From an uncultured Verrucomicrobiae bacterium (lineage in GTDB: Bacteria; Chlamydiota; Chlamydiia; Chlamydiales; Rhabdochlamydiaceae), in the NCBI GenBank assembly GCA_963806855.1, contig CAWDYW010000003.1, positions 128,001 to 192,000 on the forward strand: 64,000 bases of DNA, read 5' to 3'. The notes under the pieces were generated by a model. The model made no database searches and had not been told where the DNA came from. It was given only the letters and a program-made list of their open reading frames with translations. Both the position numbers and the translations under genes were made by a program. Below are positions 36,680 to 45,726 of the stretch, piece by piece (within the stretch, counting starts at the first letter, position 1; each line of letters opens with the position of its first letter).

Positions 36680-37516
36680 GTGGAAACTTTAAATAACAAG
36701 GTCATTTTTATCACTGGTGCCAGTCGCGGAATCGGTCGGGAAATTGCCCTGCGCGCTGCTCGAGATGGAGCTAAAGTGGTCATCACCGGAAAGACAAGTG
36801 AGCCCCACCCAAAATTGCCTGGAACGATTCACACTGTAGCGAAAGAGGTTGAGCTGGCAGGTGGACAGGCTTTGCCGATCCTACTCGACGTGCGCGATGA
36901 GGAGCAGATCCAAGCGGCTGTTGCCAAGGCTGTCGATCATTTTGGGGGCATCGACATTTTGATCAATAATGCCGGTGCGATCAGCTTAAGCGCCACGCTA
37001 GAGACCCCAATGAAGCGGTTTGATTTGCTCATAGAAGTGAACATGCGGGCCACCTATGCCACCTCGCAGGCTTGCATTCCCTATTTGAAAAAAGGGTCGA
37101 ATCCCCATATTCTGACCCTCTCTCCTCCACTCAACATGGATCCCAAATGGTTTGCTCCCCATCTGGCCTATGCCATATCAAAATATGGGATGAGTCTCTG
37201 CACCCTCGGGATGGCCGAAGAATTCAAAAAGGCTGGCATTGCGGTCAATTCTCTCTGGCCAAAAACGGCGATCGCGACAGCGGCCATCGAATTCAATATG
37301 CCACAGATCTACAATGCTTGCCGCAAGCCGCAAATCGTTGCCGATGCAGCCTATCTGATCCTGACAAGCGATAGCAAAATAACCACCGGCCAGTTTTTTA
37401 TCGATGAAGAGGTCCTTCGGGCAAATGGAATCACAGACTTCTCCTCTTATGCGCTCCATCCAGAGCTCCCTTGCTGCCCGGATCTGTTTATAGAAGAGGA
37501 AAGAAAACATGTTTAA
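36680..37516 (+). CDS. SDR oxidoreductase (HSDL2-like)
   Basis: TGASRGIG, PHPKLPGTI, YAISKYGMS and NSLWP; GTG start. Confidence 0.9.
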   Translation: METLNNKVIFITGASRGIGREIALRAARDGAKVVITGKTSEPHPKLPGTIHTVAKEVELAGGQALPILLDVRDEEQIQAAVAKAVDHFGGIDILINNAGAISLSATLETPMKRFDLLIEVNMRATYATSQACIPYLKKGSNPHILTLSPPLNMDPKWFAPHLAYAISKYGMSLCTLGMAEEFKKAGIAVNSLWPKTAIATAAIEFNMPQIYNACRKPQIVADAAYLILTSDSKITTGQFFIDEEVLRANGITDFSSYALHPELPCCPDLFIEEERKHV

Positions 37517-38375
37517 GGGAGAAGAAAGGATCATCGAGATCCCCGGTTTCTCACTTGCCGCTCGCGAGTGGGGACCCCCCGATGGGATCCCGGTTCTTGC
37601 CTTACATGGGTGGATTGACAATGCGGCTAGTTTTGATTTTTTAGCGCCGCTGCTTCCCAATCTTCACATCATCGCCGTCGATGCGCCTGGGTGTGGTCAC
37701 TCATCCCACAAGCCTCCCTCAGCGATCCCGAATATCGTCGAAGAACCCTTTTATATGTTCCAAGTCGCCAATACGCTTGGGTGGGAAAAATTTTCCATAC
37801 TTGGCCATTCAAGAGGCGGCATCATAGGGGAACTGATGGCAGCTGGGTATCCTGAACGGATTCAACTCTTGATCTTGCTTGATATTTCTGGTTTTTTTTT
37901 AGTTGGAACGCCCGAGGAATGTGCCACCTGGTGGCGAAATTCAATGCACGATTTTTTAAAGCGAAAAGTTAAACCTGGTACAGTCTATCCCGATTTGGAA
38001 ATGGCCGTTCGAGATCGGATGAAAACCTTTCCTATTGCCTATGAAAGCGCCCTTGCACTTACCCAAAGAGGGACAAAAAAAGTCGAAGGTGGATATGTTT
38101 GGACCTTTGATCGGCGAGAACTTTTTTTTCGGGCACCGGTAAAATTTTCCTACGATATGGCTGAAGCTATAATGAAGTCTATTCAAGCCCCCAGCTGCTT
38201 TATTATGGCGGAACAAGGGTATATCAAGCTCGATCCAAAGGCCTCCGAGCTTTATCCCTCGTGGGTCCCCAATCACACGGTCCGCTTTGTCCCCGGAGGG
38301 CACCACGCCCATATGGATAACGCCGCAGCGGTTGCCCCTCATATCCTCGAATTCTTCAAAGCAAACAAGTTCTAG
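37509..38375 (+). CDS. Alpha/beta hydrolase
   Basis: LHGWIDNAASF, GHSRGG and GGHHAH. Confidence 0.9.
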   Translation: MFKGEERIIEIPGFSLAAREWGPPDGIPVLALHGWIDNAASFDFLAPLLPNLHIIAVDAPGCGHSSHKPPSAIPNIVEEPFYMFQVANTLGWEKFSILGHSRGGIIGELMAAGYPERIQLLILLDISGFFLVGTPEECATWWRNSMHDFLKRKVKPGTVYPDLEMAVRDRMKTFPIAYESALALTQRGTKKVEGGYVWTFDRRELFFRAPVKFSYDMAEAIMKSIQAPSCFIMAEQGYIKLDPKASELYPSWVPNHTVRFVPGGHHAHMDNAAAVAPHILEFFKANKF

Positions 38376-38921
38376 CTTTTTTCCATCGATCTGGAATATC
38401 CTATTTATTATTTAGGAGGTTCTTATGGAATCATTTATTGATGGATTGGGCAAAGAAGTTACCAATGTTGCAGCAGGGGTTATTGATGGATTAGGGGAAT
38501 TTGAACGCGCAAAAACCCGAATCAATCACATGACATTGGGGTTCAACATCCTGACGATCGCAGCGATTGCAGGGGCCATTTTTACCGCCATGACCTTCTC
38601 GCTGATTGGTTTATTATGTACAGCTGGCTTGCTGGTGGGTCGATTTCATCTCGAGATGGCGATTGAGGAAAAGGTAAATCTACTCAAAAATAGTTTCCCA
38701 CAGATTCTGAAAGGGGGAGATTCGTATCCTCTGCTCTTCAGAAGACCTTTACATCTTAGAGACTCTTAACGGATTTGGTTTTTTTGCTGAGATATCCATT
38801 GGCCCCACTAGCTCATCTGTCACAGCTTTTTTTAGGTAAGGCTTATATGGATTTATGCACCACCCGCTCGCCCCTCATATCCTCGACTTCTTCAAAGCAA
38901 ACAAGTTCTAGCTTTTTTTCC
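38334..38921. repeat. About 51-bp direct repeats (38334-38384 and 38870-38921) bracketing an orphan ORF
   Basis: GCCCCTCATATCCTCGAMTTCTTCAAAGCAAACAAGTTCTAGCTTTTTT occurs twice and equals the 3' end of the hydrolase gene. Confidence 0.92.
38425..38769 (+). CDS. Small orphan protein with a long hydrophobic segment (Inc-like)
   Basis: TAGGAGG RBS; about 36-residue uninterrupted hydrophobic stretch. Confidence 0.7.
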   Translation: MESFIDGLGKEVTNVAAGVIDGLGEFERAKTRINHMTLGFNILTIAAIAGAIFTAMTFSLIGLLCTAGLLVGRFHLEMAIEEKVNLLKNSFPQILKGGDSYPLLFRRPLHLRDS

Positions 38922-38975
38922 GTGCCCGTGTCCGTGGAATAAAATCTTTCGAGGTATTAGACAAACAAACGATTA

Positions 38976-39036
38976 GAATGATATAACGATAATAATGATA
39001 GGGAATTTTTTTATCATTATTATCATTGTATCATTC
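38976..39036. repeat. AT-rich hairpin with AATGATA-type repeated arms
   Basis: GAATGATATAACGATAATAATGATA / TATCATTATTATCATTGTATCATTC; 23 of 25 positions complementary. Confidence 0.75.
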
Positions 39037-39091
39037 ATTCATTGTGCCCTGTTGTGACCAATAAGATTAATAGACTTAATGCTTGTCGCTT

Positions 39092-39487
39092 TTAGCGCCC
39101 TTTAGCAATTAAAATTCTAACAGCAGGGATGGATTCGGGTTTTTGAAAGAAATCAGCCACATCTTTAGGTAGAGAAATCCGTTTAGTTGGCTCTTTCTTG
39201 CTACCCTTGGGTCTGCCTGCTCCTTCTCGTTTTCCGCCCCGTCCTCTTGTTTTCTTTTCAACAAGAGGAGAAATGTTTTGATTAAGCCTTTCTTTTATGA
39301 ACTGCTTTAAATATCGTGGGTAGTTTTTGATTACGTCTTCGCGGGAGTCCCCAGCATATTCAACATCCGGATACAGTTCATGTTTGAATATCCAAGCATT
39401 GAATTGTTTGCTAAAGCGAGGCTTGATAGCTCCGATCTCTGCTAGAGCGAGCTTCAGATGTTGATTTATTTCTTTTTGGGTGGCCAT
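39092..39487 (-). CDS. HicB-like antitoxin candidate with AT-hook-like C-terminus
   Basis: PDVEYAGDSREDVIKN resembles the HicB GxTxEEA region, followed by RGGKREGAGRPKG. Confidence 0.55.
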   Translation of the reverse strand: MATQKEINQHLKLALAEIGAIKPRFSKQFNAWIFKHELYPDVEYAGDSREDVIKNYPRYLKQFIKERLNQNISPLVEKKTRGRGGKREGAGRPKGSKKEPTKRISLPKDVADFFQKPESIPAVRILIAKGR

Positions 39488-39661
39488 GTTAACCCTCGTT
39501 CTTCAAACTTTTGCTTTGTTTTGTTGACACTAAATGGATGCACTTCCCTCTTCTTTCCTTTAGCATGGATAATTTTAATAGTGCACACTGTAATCGATCC
39601 CTCCTTTCAAAAGACGCCAACCAACAATTTTCAGATAAGTCCGATAAGTACCCTCTTCCAT
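39466..39661 (-). pseudogene. Frameshifted HicA-like toxin candidate
   Basis: MEEGTYRTYLKIVGWRLLKGGIDY, then a frameshift near 39590, then VCTIKIIHAKGKKREV...WPPKKK*, overlapping the partner gene's start. Confidence 0.45.
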
Positions 39662-39749
39662 TGGCTTAAAGGCCATCAGAAATCCTTTTTAGGAGCATTT
39701 TAGATTATTTTGCCAAAAAAATCAAATGCTTTTTTTTGTCTGCTGCACC

Positions 39750-42404
39750 TTAGTGCTGAATAGGTTTCTTCCACTTGCCATTACTAAATAGCTTGGGAAA
39801 GAATTCTTTTCTCAGGCTCTCGATGATGAAAATCAGCGCGCCGGGTACGAGTGCAACGCCCCATTCTGCAAGGTTAAGGGGCTGGGTATGGAAGAGCTCA
39901 TTCAATAATGGGATGTAGAGAATACAGAGATGGAGTGAGAGGGCCCCAGCGATTGCCATGAGCAGGGGCCTGTTTTTGAGGGCTCCAATTTTTCTCAAGG
40001 GCAATTCTGATGAGCGCAACTGAAAGGCGATCAGCCATTCGAACAGCACTAAACTGGTCAGGACGAGCGTTCTTGCCTTTTCTATATTGGTGTAATGAGC
40101 ATTGAAAATGAAAAATGCTCCAAGCCCAAGCAGAAATGCCATGTAGATTATCCGGAAAATCATCCCATTGTAAATCAGGCCGAGTTTATGGTCGCGCGGC
40201 GGTTGCTCCATTTCGTGGCCGCTTTTTGGCTCAAATCCAAGGGGGATGGCGATGAGCGATCCTGAAATGAGGTTGAGCAAGAGGATTTGGAGCGGTAGGA
40301 GGGGAGCGAGGCCAATGAAAAGGACGCAGAGAATCAGGCCAAAAAGTTCCCCAAAGCAGGTGGTGAGCAGGAAGGCGCACACATTGCGCAATCGATCGAA
40401 AATGGCCCGCCCCTCTTCAATCGCTGCGACGATCGAGTCGAATCGGTCATCGGAGAGGATCATATCGGCAGCCTCTTTGGCCACATCGGTCCCTTTCTTG
40501 CCCATCGCGATGCCAATATTGGCCTTTTCGAGGGCAGGGGCGTCGTTGACCCCATCGCCCGTCATGGCGACAATATGGTCGAGAGACTGGAAGCTGCTGA
40601 CTATGCGCAATTTGTCTGCCGGCTCGATCCGGGCGAAAACGGAGCTCTCTCGAACCGCATCAGCGAGATCTTCATCGGAGAAAGTTTGCAGCTCTTTACC
40701 CGAGATCACATCTTTGGTCGAAAGGCCCAGGCGCGAGGCAATCGCTTCCGCAGTCAGTTGGTTATCGCCTGTGATCATCACCACGCGGATGCCAGCCTTT
40801 TTGCAGGTGGCGATCGATTCGATGGCCTCTTTACGGGGAGGGTCGATCATTCCGAACATCCCGGCAAAAATCAGTTTTTCTTCAAAATGATCTTCGGTGA
40901 GCGAGTGGGTTTTTGGATCGACTTCGCAATAGGCCACTGCAATGAGGCGCAGTGCCTGACGTGTCATTTGATCGATGCCGCTATCGATTTTCTGCCTGCA
41001 ATTCTCATCCATCCAAACGGGACCTTGGTGGGTGAGGGCGAATTGGCACATCGAGAGAATCGTCTCTGGAGCCCCCTTGATATAGATATAACGCTTATCG
41101 CCGATGGTATGGAGGGTGGCCATATAGAGCGTTTCACTGAGGAAGGGGATTTCGGCTAGACGGGGCTGAGTGGCAACTAGCTGCTGCAGATCGATCCCTG
41201 CTTCAGAGGCGGCGACGAGCAGCGCCCCTTCTGTTGGATCACCGATGACCTCATATTCCTCTTTCTCTTCAGAGAGGAGGGCGTCATTGCAGAGGGCCCC
41301 GATTTCGAGGATTCTGCGCAGCACGGGATCCTTGTAATCGGCCGCTTCTTGATCGATTAGGACCACTTTGTCCAAAGAATAGAGGGTTTTGATCGTCATG
41401 ATATTATGGGTGAGGGTCCCCGTTTTATCAGAACAGACAATTGTGGTGGCGCCCAGCGTCTCGACCGCAATCAATCGGCGGATGATCGCATTTTTCTTAG
41501 CCATCACACTCATCCCAGCGGCCAGAGTGATCGTAAAGGCGAGCGGAAGGCCCTCTGGGATGGCCGAAATGGCGGCTGCGACACCGAGTAGGAAGACATC
41601 GGCAAGAGCCATTCCTTGATAAAGGCTGATTCCTGCAAAAAGGAGGATGACGAAAAAGACGATCACCAGCATCCAGTTACCGATGGAGGTAATGCTCTGT
41701 TGCAAGGGGGTGGGCTCGGGGGTGATCTCGTCGATGCTCGCGGCAATTTTTCCAAGTTCTGTCGCCATCCCCGTCGCGACCACGATCGCCACGCCTCGGC
41801 CACCTGCAGCGACAGTCCCCGTGTAGACCATGTTGCTCCGATCAGCGAGCGATTGGAATCCTGAAAGGGGGTGGGTATCCTTCTCAACAGGAAATGATTC
41901 GCCGGTGAGGGCCGATTCGTTGACTTTGAAGCCCTTCGCTTCGATCAAGCGGGCATCAGCAGGAATCTTGTCGCCCATCTCTAAAAAGATCTCATCGCCT
42001 GGCACCAAATTTTCTGATAGGAGGATCTCCGTCTTGCCATTGCGCTTGACCTTGGAATGGTGGGAAGAGAGTTTTTTCAATGCTTGCATCGCCTTTTCAG
42101 CCTTCCTCTCTTGAAAGAAGCTGATGAAGACCATCGCCAAAATGGTGAAGAGGAGCACGCCGCCATCGAGAAAGTTAGAGAGAAAGAACTTGATAAAGGT
42201 GGCAACGATCAAGATGAAAATCAGCGGATTTAAAAATTGACGAAAGAATTGCATTAGGCGGGAGGGGCCTTTAGAGACCGAGAGGCGGTTCGGGCCAACC
42301 TTTGCCAGGCGGGCTTTCGCTTCCGCATCAGATAGCCCATGGCGGCTTGTCTTCAGGGCGATAAAGATCTCTTCAATCGTTTTGGAGTGCCAATCGGGGC
42401 TCAT
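39750..42404 (-). CDS. Cation-transporting P-type ATPase (P2A, Ca2+-type)
   Basis: LTGES, IPEGL, DKTGTLT, KGAPE and TGDGVND; ATGA-coupled to the upstream gene. Confidence 0.95.
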   Translation of the reverse strand: MSPDWHSKTIEEIFIALKTSRHGLSDAEAKARLAKVGPNRLSVSKGPSRLMQFFRQFLNPLIFILIVATFIKFFLSNFLDGGVLLFTILAMVFISFFQERKAEKAMQALKKLSSHHSKVKRNGKTEILLSENLVPGDEIFLEMGDKIPADARLIEAKGFKVNESALTGESFPVEKDTHPLSGFQSLADRSNMVYTGTVAAGGRGVAIVVATGMATELGKIAASIDEITPEPTPLQQSITSIGNWMLVIVFFVILLFAGISLYQGMALADVFLLGVAAAISAIPEGLPLAFTITLAAGMSVMAKKNAIIRRLIAVETLGATTIVCSDKTGTLTHNIMTIKTLYSLDKVVLIDQEAADYKDPVLRRILEIGALCNDALLSEEKEEYEVIGDPTEGALLVAASEAGIDLQQLVATQPRLAEIPFLSETLYMATLHTIGDKRYIYIKGAPETILSMCQFALTHQGPVWMDENCRQKIDSGIDQMTRQALRLIAVAYCEVDPKTHSLTEDHFEEKLIFAGMFGMIDPPRKEAIESIATCKKAGIRVVMITGDNQLTAEAIASRLGLSTKDVISGKELQTFSDEDLADAVRESSVFARIEPADKLRIVSSFQSLDHIVAMTGDGVNDAPALEKANIGIAMGKKGTDVAKEAADMILSDDRFDSIVAAIEEGRAIFDRLRNVCAFLLTTCFGELFGLILCVLFIGLAPLLPLQILLLNLISGSLIAIPLGFEPKSGHEMEQPPRDHKLGLIYNGMIFRIIYMAFLLGLGAFFIFNAHYTNIEKARTLVLTSLVLFEWLIAFQLRSSELPLRKIGALKNRPLLMAIAGALSLHLCILYIPLLNELFHTQPLNLAEWGVALVPGALIFIIESLRKEFFPKLFSNGKWKKPIQH

Positions 42405-43891
42405 TTTTTTCCTTTCCATAACCCGTGGAGACCCAGGGGGACGGCTTGTGGCACCGCGGCGCGGGCAAGTTCTTTCATGTCATGGGCGTCGAGAATCAGC
42501 AAAAACGACTTGTGGGTGGCAAAGTCAAGCACAAGAGAGAGGACAACGCCGTCATCTTCAGCACCTGCACCTGGGCGGGTGACAAAAATCGGCTCTCCGG
42601 GCATACACCCCGCTTCGGACCAACTCTTATAAGACTTTGTCGCAGTATCCACTTTGTAAAGGGGTCGTTTGTCGGTGACCGCATTGGGGAAATCGTAGTC
42701 GACAAGATAGCAGTAACGGTATTCGTGCGCGACCCGCTCAGCAGGGACTCGAGGTAATTCTGCAGAATGGTCGAACAGATCTTCCTCGGCCAGCGCATCG
42801 GGCAACGAGAGCGTAAAGCGCTTTAGCTTGATCGTATCGGCCAGGTCGCCCTTCCAATCTTCTTCTCCATCAAGTTCAGCGATGATATGGGCATCGGGGT
42901 AGGTGACGATATCGATGAAAATTTTCCCATCTTTGTCAAAAGCATTCATATGGTGAAAAGCGAAGAAGGGTTTGCCTTTGATTTTAGTGACCTTCCCTGT
43001 TGTCCGCTCCACGACGATGAAATTGGTCCCCCGCTCAGGTTTCCATTTGTAGTTCATGATGAACGGCTTTTTTTTGAGGAGCAGATCCAGTGGATTGACC
43101 ACAAAGGGGAATTCGACCAGCACCACATAATGTTCTGTTAAGGCAAAACTGTGCATGTAAGCTGGCTCATCGACCGGAATTTCGGCGACTAGCTTTCGAT
43201 GCGGGTCGGTCATTTTCCAGATGACATAAGAGCTGTGGCGCCCAAAACGGATGAAATAGTTGAACGTCTCTTTCGTCGCAGGATCGACTAGCGCATGGGC
43301 CGATTCCCATTGCCCTTCTTTAAGGCTATCCTGATATTGAAAAACGCCGATGGTCGCGAGCGTCTCAGGATCGAAGACCACAGGAAGGGGAATCTCGGTC
43401 AAAGCGACAAATTGATCGGCATAATGTTGGATCGTGACATCGGCATTGTTGATGTCCTTCATCTCTTTGGGAATAAATCGGGAAGTCTGATTTTTGAACA
43501 CTTTTGGACAGGGATCGATTGCGAACCCCGAGAAATTGAGACTCTTCTCCTCCATCATGATGTAGTACTGCTCGCTGCGCAAAAAACGGCTGCTATAGAA
43601 GACATTTTTGGGAGTGAACTCGAAGGCGTGGAGCAGGGCGAGCCCATCGAACCAATCGACTCGCTTGTCGCCGACAGTGAATTTCCCTGGGCCGTTGCGC
43701 AGCAGCGTTCCCGACAGCCAGTCTGGGATTTTCCCCTGGATCGGGCAGTCGAAATGTTCGGTTTCCTCGGCCAGGTCGAAGAGCAGGTGGGTATCATAGA
43801 AGGCCTGATGGGGATTTACAGGTGGGGGTTTAGGTTTAGAGGTGCAGGCGCAGAAGAGAATGAAAATAAGCGAGATGTACTTAGTTGGCAT
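42401..43891 (-). CDS. Carotenoid cleavage oxygenase (RPE65 family), putative lipoprotein
   Basis: GTLLRNGPG, WFDG, His motifs SAH, MHSF, FHH and GLHG, EPIFV, EDDG. N-terminal hydrophobic stretch ending in FCAC. Confidence 0.9.
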   Translation of the reverse strand: MPTKYISLIFILFCACTSKPKPPPVNPHQAFYDTHLLFDLAEETEHFDCPIQGKIPDWLSGTLLRNGPGKFTVGDKRVDWFDGLALLHAFEFTPKNVFYSSRFLRSEQYYIMMEEKSLNFSGFAIDPCPKVFKNQTSRFIPKEMKDINNADVTIQHYADQFVALTEIPLPVVFDPETLATIGVFQYQDSLKEGQWESAHALVDPATKETFNYFIRFGRHSSYVIWKMTDPHRKLVAEIPVDEPAYMHSFALTEHYVVLVEFPFVVNPLDLLLKKKPFIMNYKWKPERGTNFIVVERTTGKVTKIKGKPFFAFHHMNAFDKDGKIFIDIVTYPDAHIIAELDGEEDWKGDLADTIKLKRFTLSLPDALAEEDLFDHSAELPRVPAERVAHEYRYCYLVDYDFPNAVTDKRPLYKVDTATKSYKSWSEAGCMPGEPIFVTRPGAGAEDDGVVLSLVLDFATHKSFLLILDAHDMKELARAAVPQAVPLGLHGLWKGKK

Positions 43892-43933
43892 GATGAGGAC
43901 TAAATTACCAAAAAATGCATTTGAATGGAACAG

Positions 43934-44104
43934 GAGGTTGTTGCAAAACTCAGGGTTCGTCGATTTTCGGGATTATTTTGGCCGCTTTTCGATTCAAATT
44001 CGGGGGGTCATATGCGGGAGGCTGATATTACCCCCCGAATTTGAATCGAAAATCGGCTCAAAAGAACCCGAAAATCGACTGAACCTGAGTTTTGCAACAA
44101 CCTC
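43934..44104. mobile_element. 171-bp palindromic element (family B)
   Basis: Terminal IR GAGGTTGTTGCAAAACTCAGG/CCTGAGTTTTGCAACAACCTC with nested inner IRs; core shared with 50238-50408. Confidence 0.92.
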
Positions 44105-44184
44105 ATAGGGAATTTTTGATGGTAAGTTTGTTTTTTTAAGTCAATTCTATGTTATCTTAGCTTTGAATAAACATGGAGGTGTTT

Positions 44185-44370
44185 ATGTCAATTCAACCTT
44201 ATGGTGCTTCTCTCCCAGAAAATAATAGAGCTGACGAAGATCCGAAAAATGGACTTGCAAAACCTGACCCTAAAGGGTTAGAGAAAAAAGGAACGCCAAT
44301 CGACACCACCCCTAAAGTATCTCAGAAAGGAATGAGTACGTTTACTGATTCGCAAACACGCGCTTTTTAG
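44185..44370 (+). CDS. Small hydrophilic hypothetical protein
   Basis: GGAGGT RBS before the ATG at 44185; overlaps the 3' end of the convergent gene. Confidence 0.35.
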   Translation: MSIQPYGASLPENNRADEDPKNGLAKPDPKGLEKKGTPIDTTPKVSQKGMSTFTDSQTRAF

Positions 44371-45664
44371 TTGCATGGATTAGGAGTGCGCCGAGGTGGG
44401 GCACGACCATGAAGATCATGACGAGATCGACCAGCGACCAGATCGTCTTCACCTCAGAGATAGCTCCTGCAAAAATCATCAATGCAGTTAGCAAAAGATA
44501 GTAACGGCTTTTCTTATTCTTAGTTAGATAGCGATAGCACTGGCTCCCGTTGTAGCAGTTGCCAAGAATTGTTCCAAAACCAAACAAGAGTCCGCTGACC
44601 GCGACGATGGCGATCCCAACAAAGGAGAAGTACTGCTCAAAAGATGCAGCGACCATGCTGATTCCTAGAGGAAGAGAGGGGTCTAGCCATGTTTTGGTCA
44701 CCAGAGTCACACAGCCCGATAAGAAGGCGATAAAACCTGCGGCAAAAGTGGAGAGCATCGCCAGCATCCCCTGTGTATCGGGATCATTGGTCTCGGCCAT
44801 CGAGTGGGGAATCGTCTGCGTTCCAACGCCTGCTTCTGTTGCCTGCGTCCCTTTGAAAATCCCCCAACGGAGAGCGCTCATCAGTCCGCCGACAAGGGTC
44901 CCGCTAGCCATAGGCACAGGGGAGAAAGCCGACCGGAACATCTCGGCAAACATCTGCCCCAATTGATCGTAATTGCAGGTGAGGATCCAGCAGCTCGAAC
45001 CGATGTAGAGGAAGAACATGACCGGGACAAGCTTAGCTGAGAGCGAGCCGATCCGTTTAATCCCCCCGAGCATCGTCAGCAAAATGAGGATCGCGATCAA
45101 CCCCCCAGACAGTGCCGTAGAGAGTCGGTAGGAGCCGAGGAGGGGAGAGTTTAAAATCGCAGCCACCTGATTCGCTTGAGCAGCAGACCAGGCCATCATC
45201 AAAACCAAGCAGCAGATCGCATACCATTTGGCCATGGCAGGAGAGACCAGATGCTTTAAATATTGCATTGGGCCACCCATGATTTCACCCGAATCGAGTT
45301 TCTTTCGATATTGGATGCAGAGATTGACCTCGATGTAAGTGACGGCGCTCCCGAAAAACGAGGCCAGGAGAAAGCCGAAAAGGGCACCTGGGCCGCCAAG
45401 CGCGATCGCAATCACTGGCCCGACTATCGTCGAGATCCCCAGTGTGGTCGACATGGCGGTTAAAAGGGCCCGATGGGGGAGGATCGTGTGAGATCCTGTT
45501 TTCCCTTTGCGTGCAGTGAACAGCCCCTTCAACATAGAAAATAGCGAACGGAAGAAGCGGAGCTGGATGAATCCCGACTTCACAGTGAGGTAGATGCTGC
45601 CAGATAAAATGAAAAGGCAGCAGAGAAACAAAAGATACTCTGTACTTGTGGCGATGAAGTCCAT
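44342..45664 (-). CDS. Sodium:alanine/glycine symporter (AGCS family), second paralogue
   Basis: GGPGALF, GGPMQY, GGIKRIG and EAGVGT. Confidence 0.92.
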   Translation of the reverse strand: MDFIATSTEYLLFLCCLFILSGSIYLTVKSGFIQLRFFRSLFSMLKGLFTARKGKTGSHTILPHRALLTAMSTTLGISTIVGPVIAIALGGPGALFGFLLASFFGSAVTYIEVNLCIQYRKKLDSGEIMGGPMQYLKHLVSPAMAKWYAICCLVLMMAWSAAQANQVAAILNSPLLGSYRLSTALSGGLIAILILLTMLGGIKRIGSLSAKLVPVMFFLYIGSSCWILTCNYDQLGQMFAEMFRSAFSPVPMASGTLVGGLMSALRWGIFKGTQATEAGVGTQTIPHSMAETNDPDTQGMLAMLSTFAAGFIAFLSGCVTLVTKTWLDPSLPLGISMVAASFEQYFSFVGIAIVAVSGLLFGFGTILGNCYNGSQCYRYLTKNKKSRYYLLLTALMIFAGAISEVKTIWSLVDLVMIFMVVPHLGALLIHATKKRVFANQ

Positions 45665-45726
45665 AAATTCCCCAAAATTTTAAGGTCTCTTCCAATTTTT
45701 TAATAGAAAAATGTTATATCAATATT

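Noticed and set aside
43842..44108. 88-aa ORF and its relative at 50198..50488
   Set aside because: Open frames through the 171-bp element, overlapping real genes; no evidence that they are independent genes.
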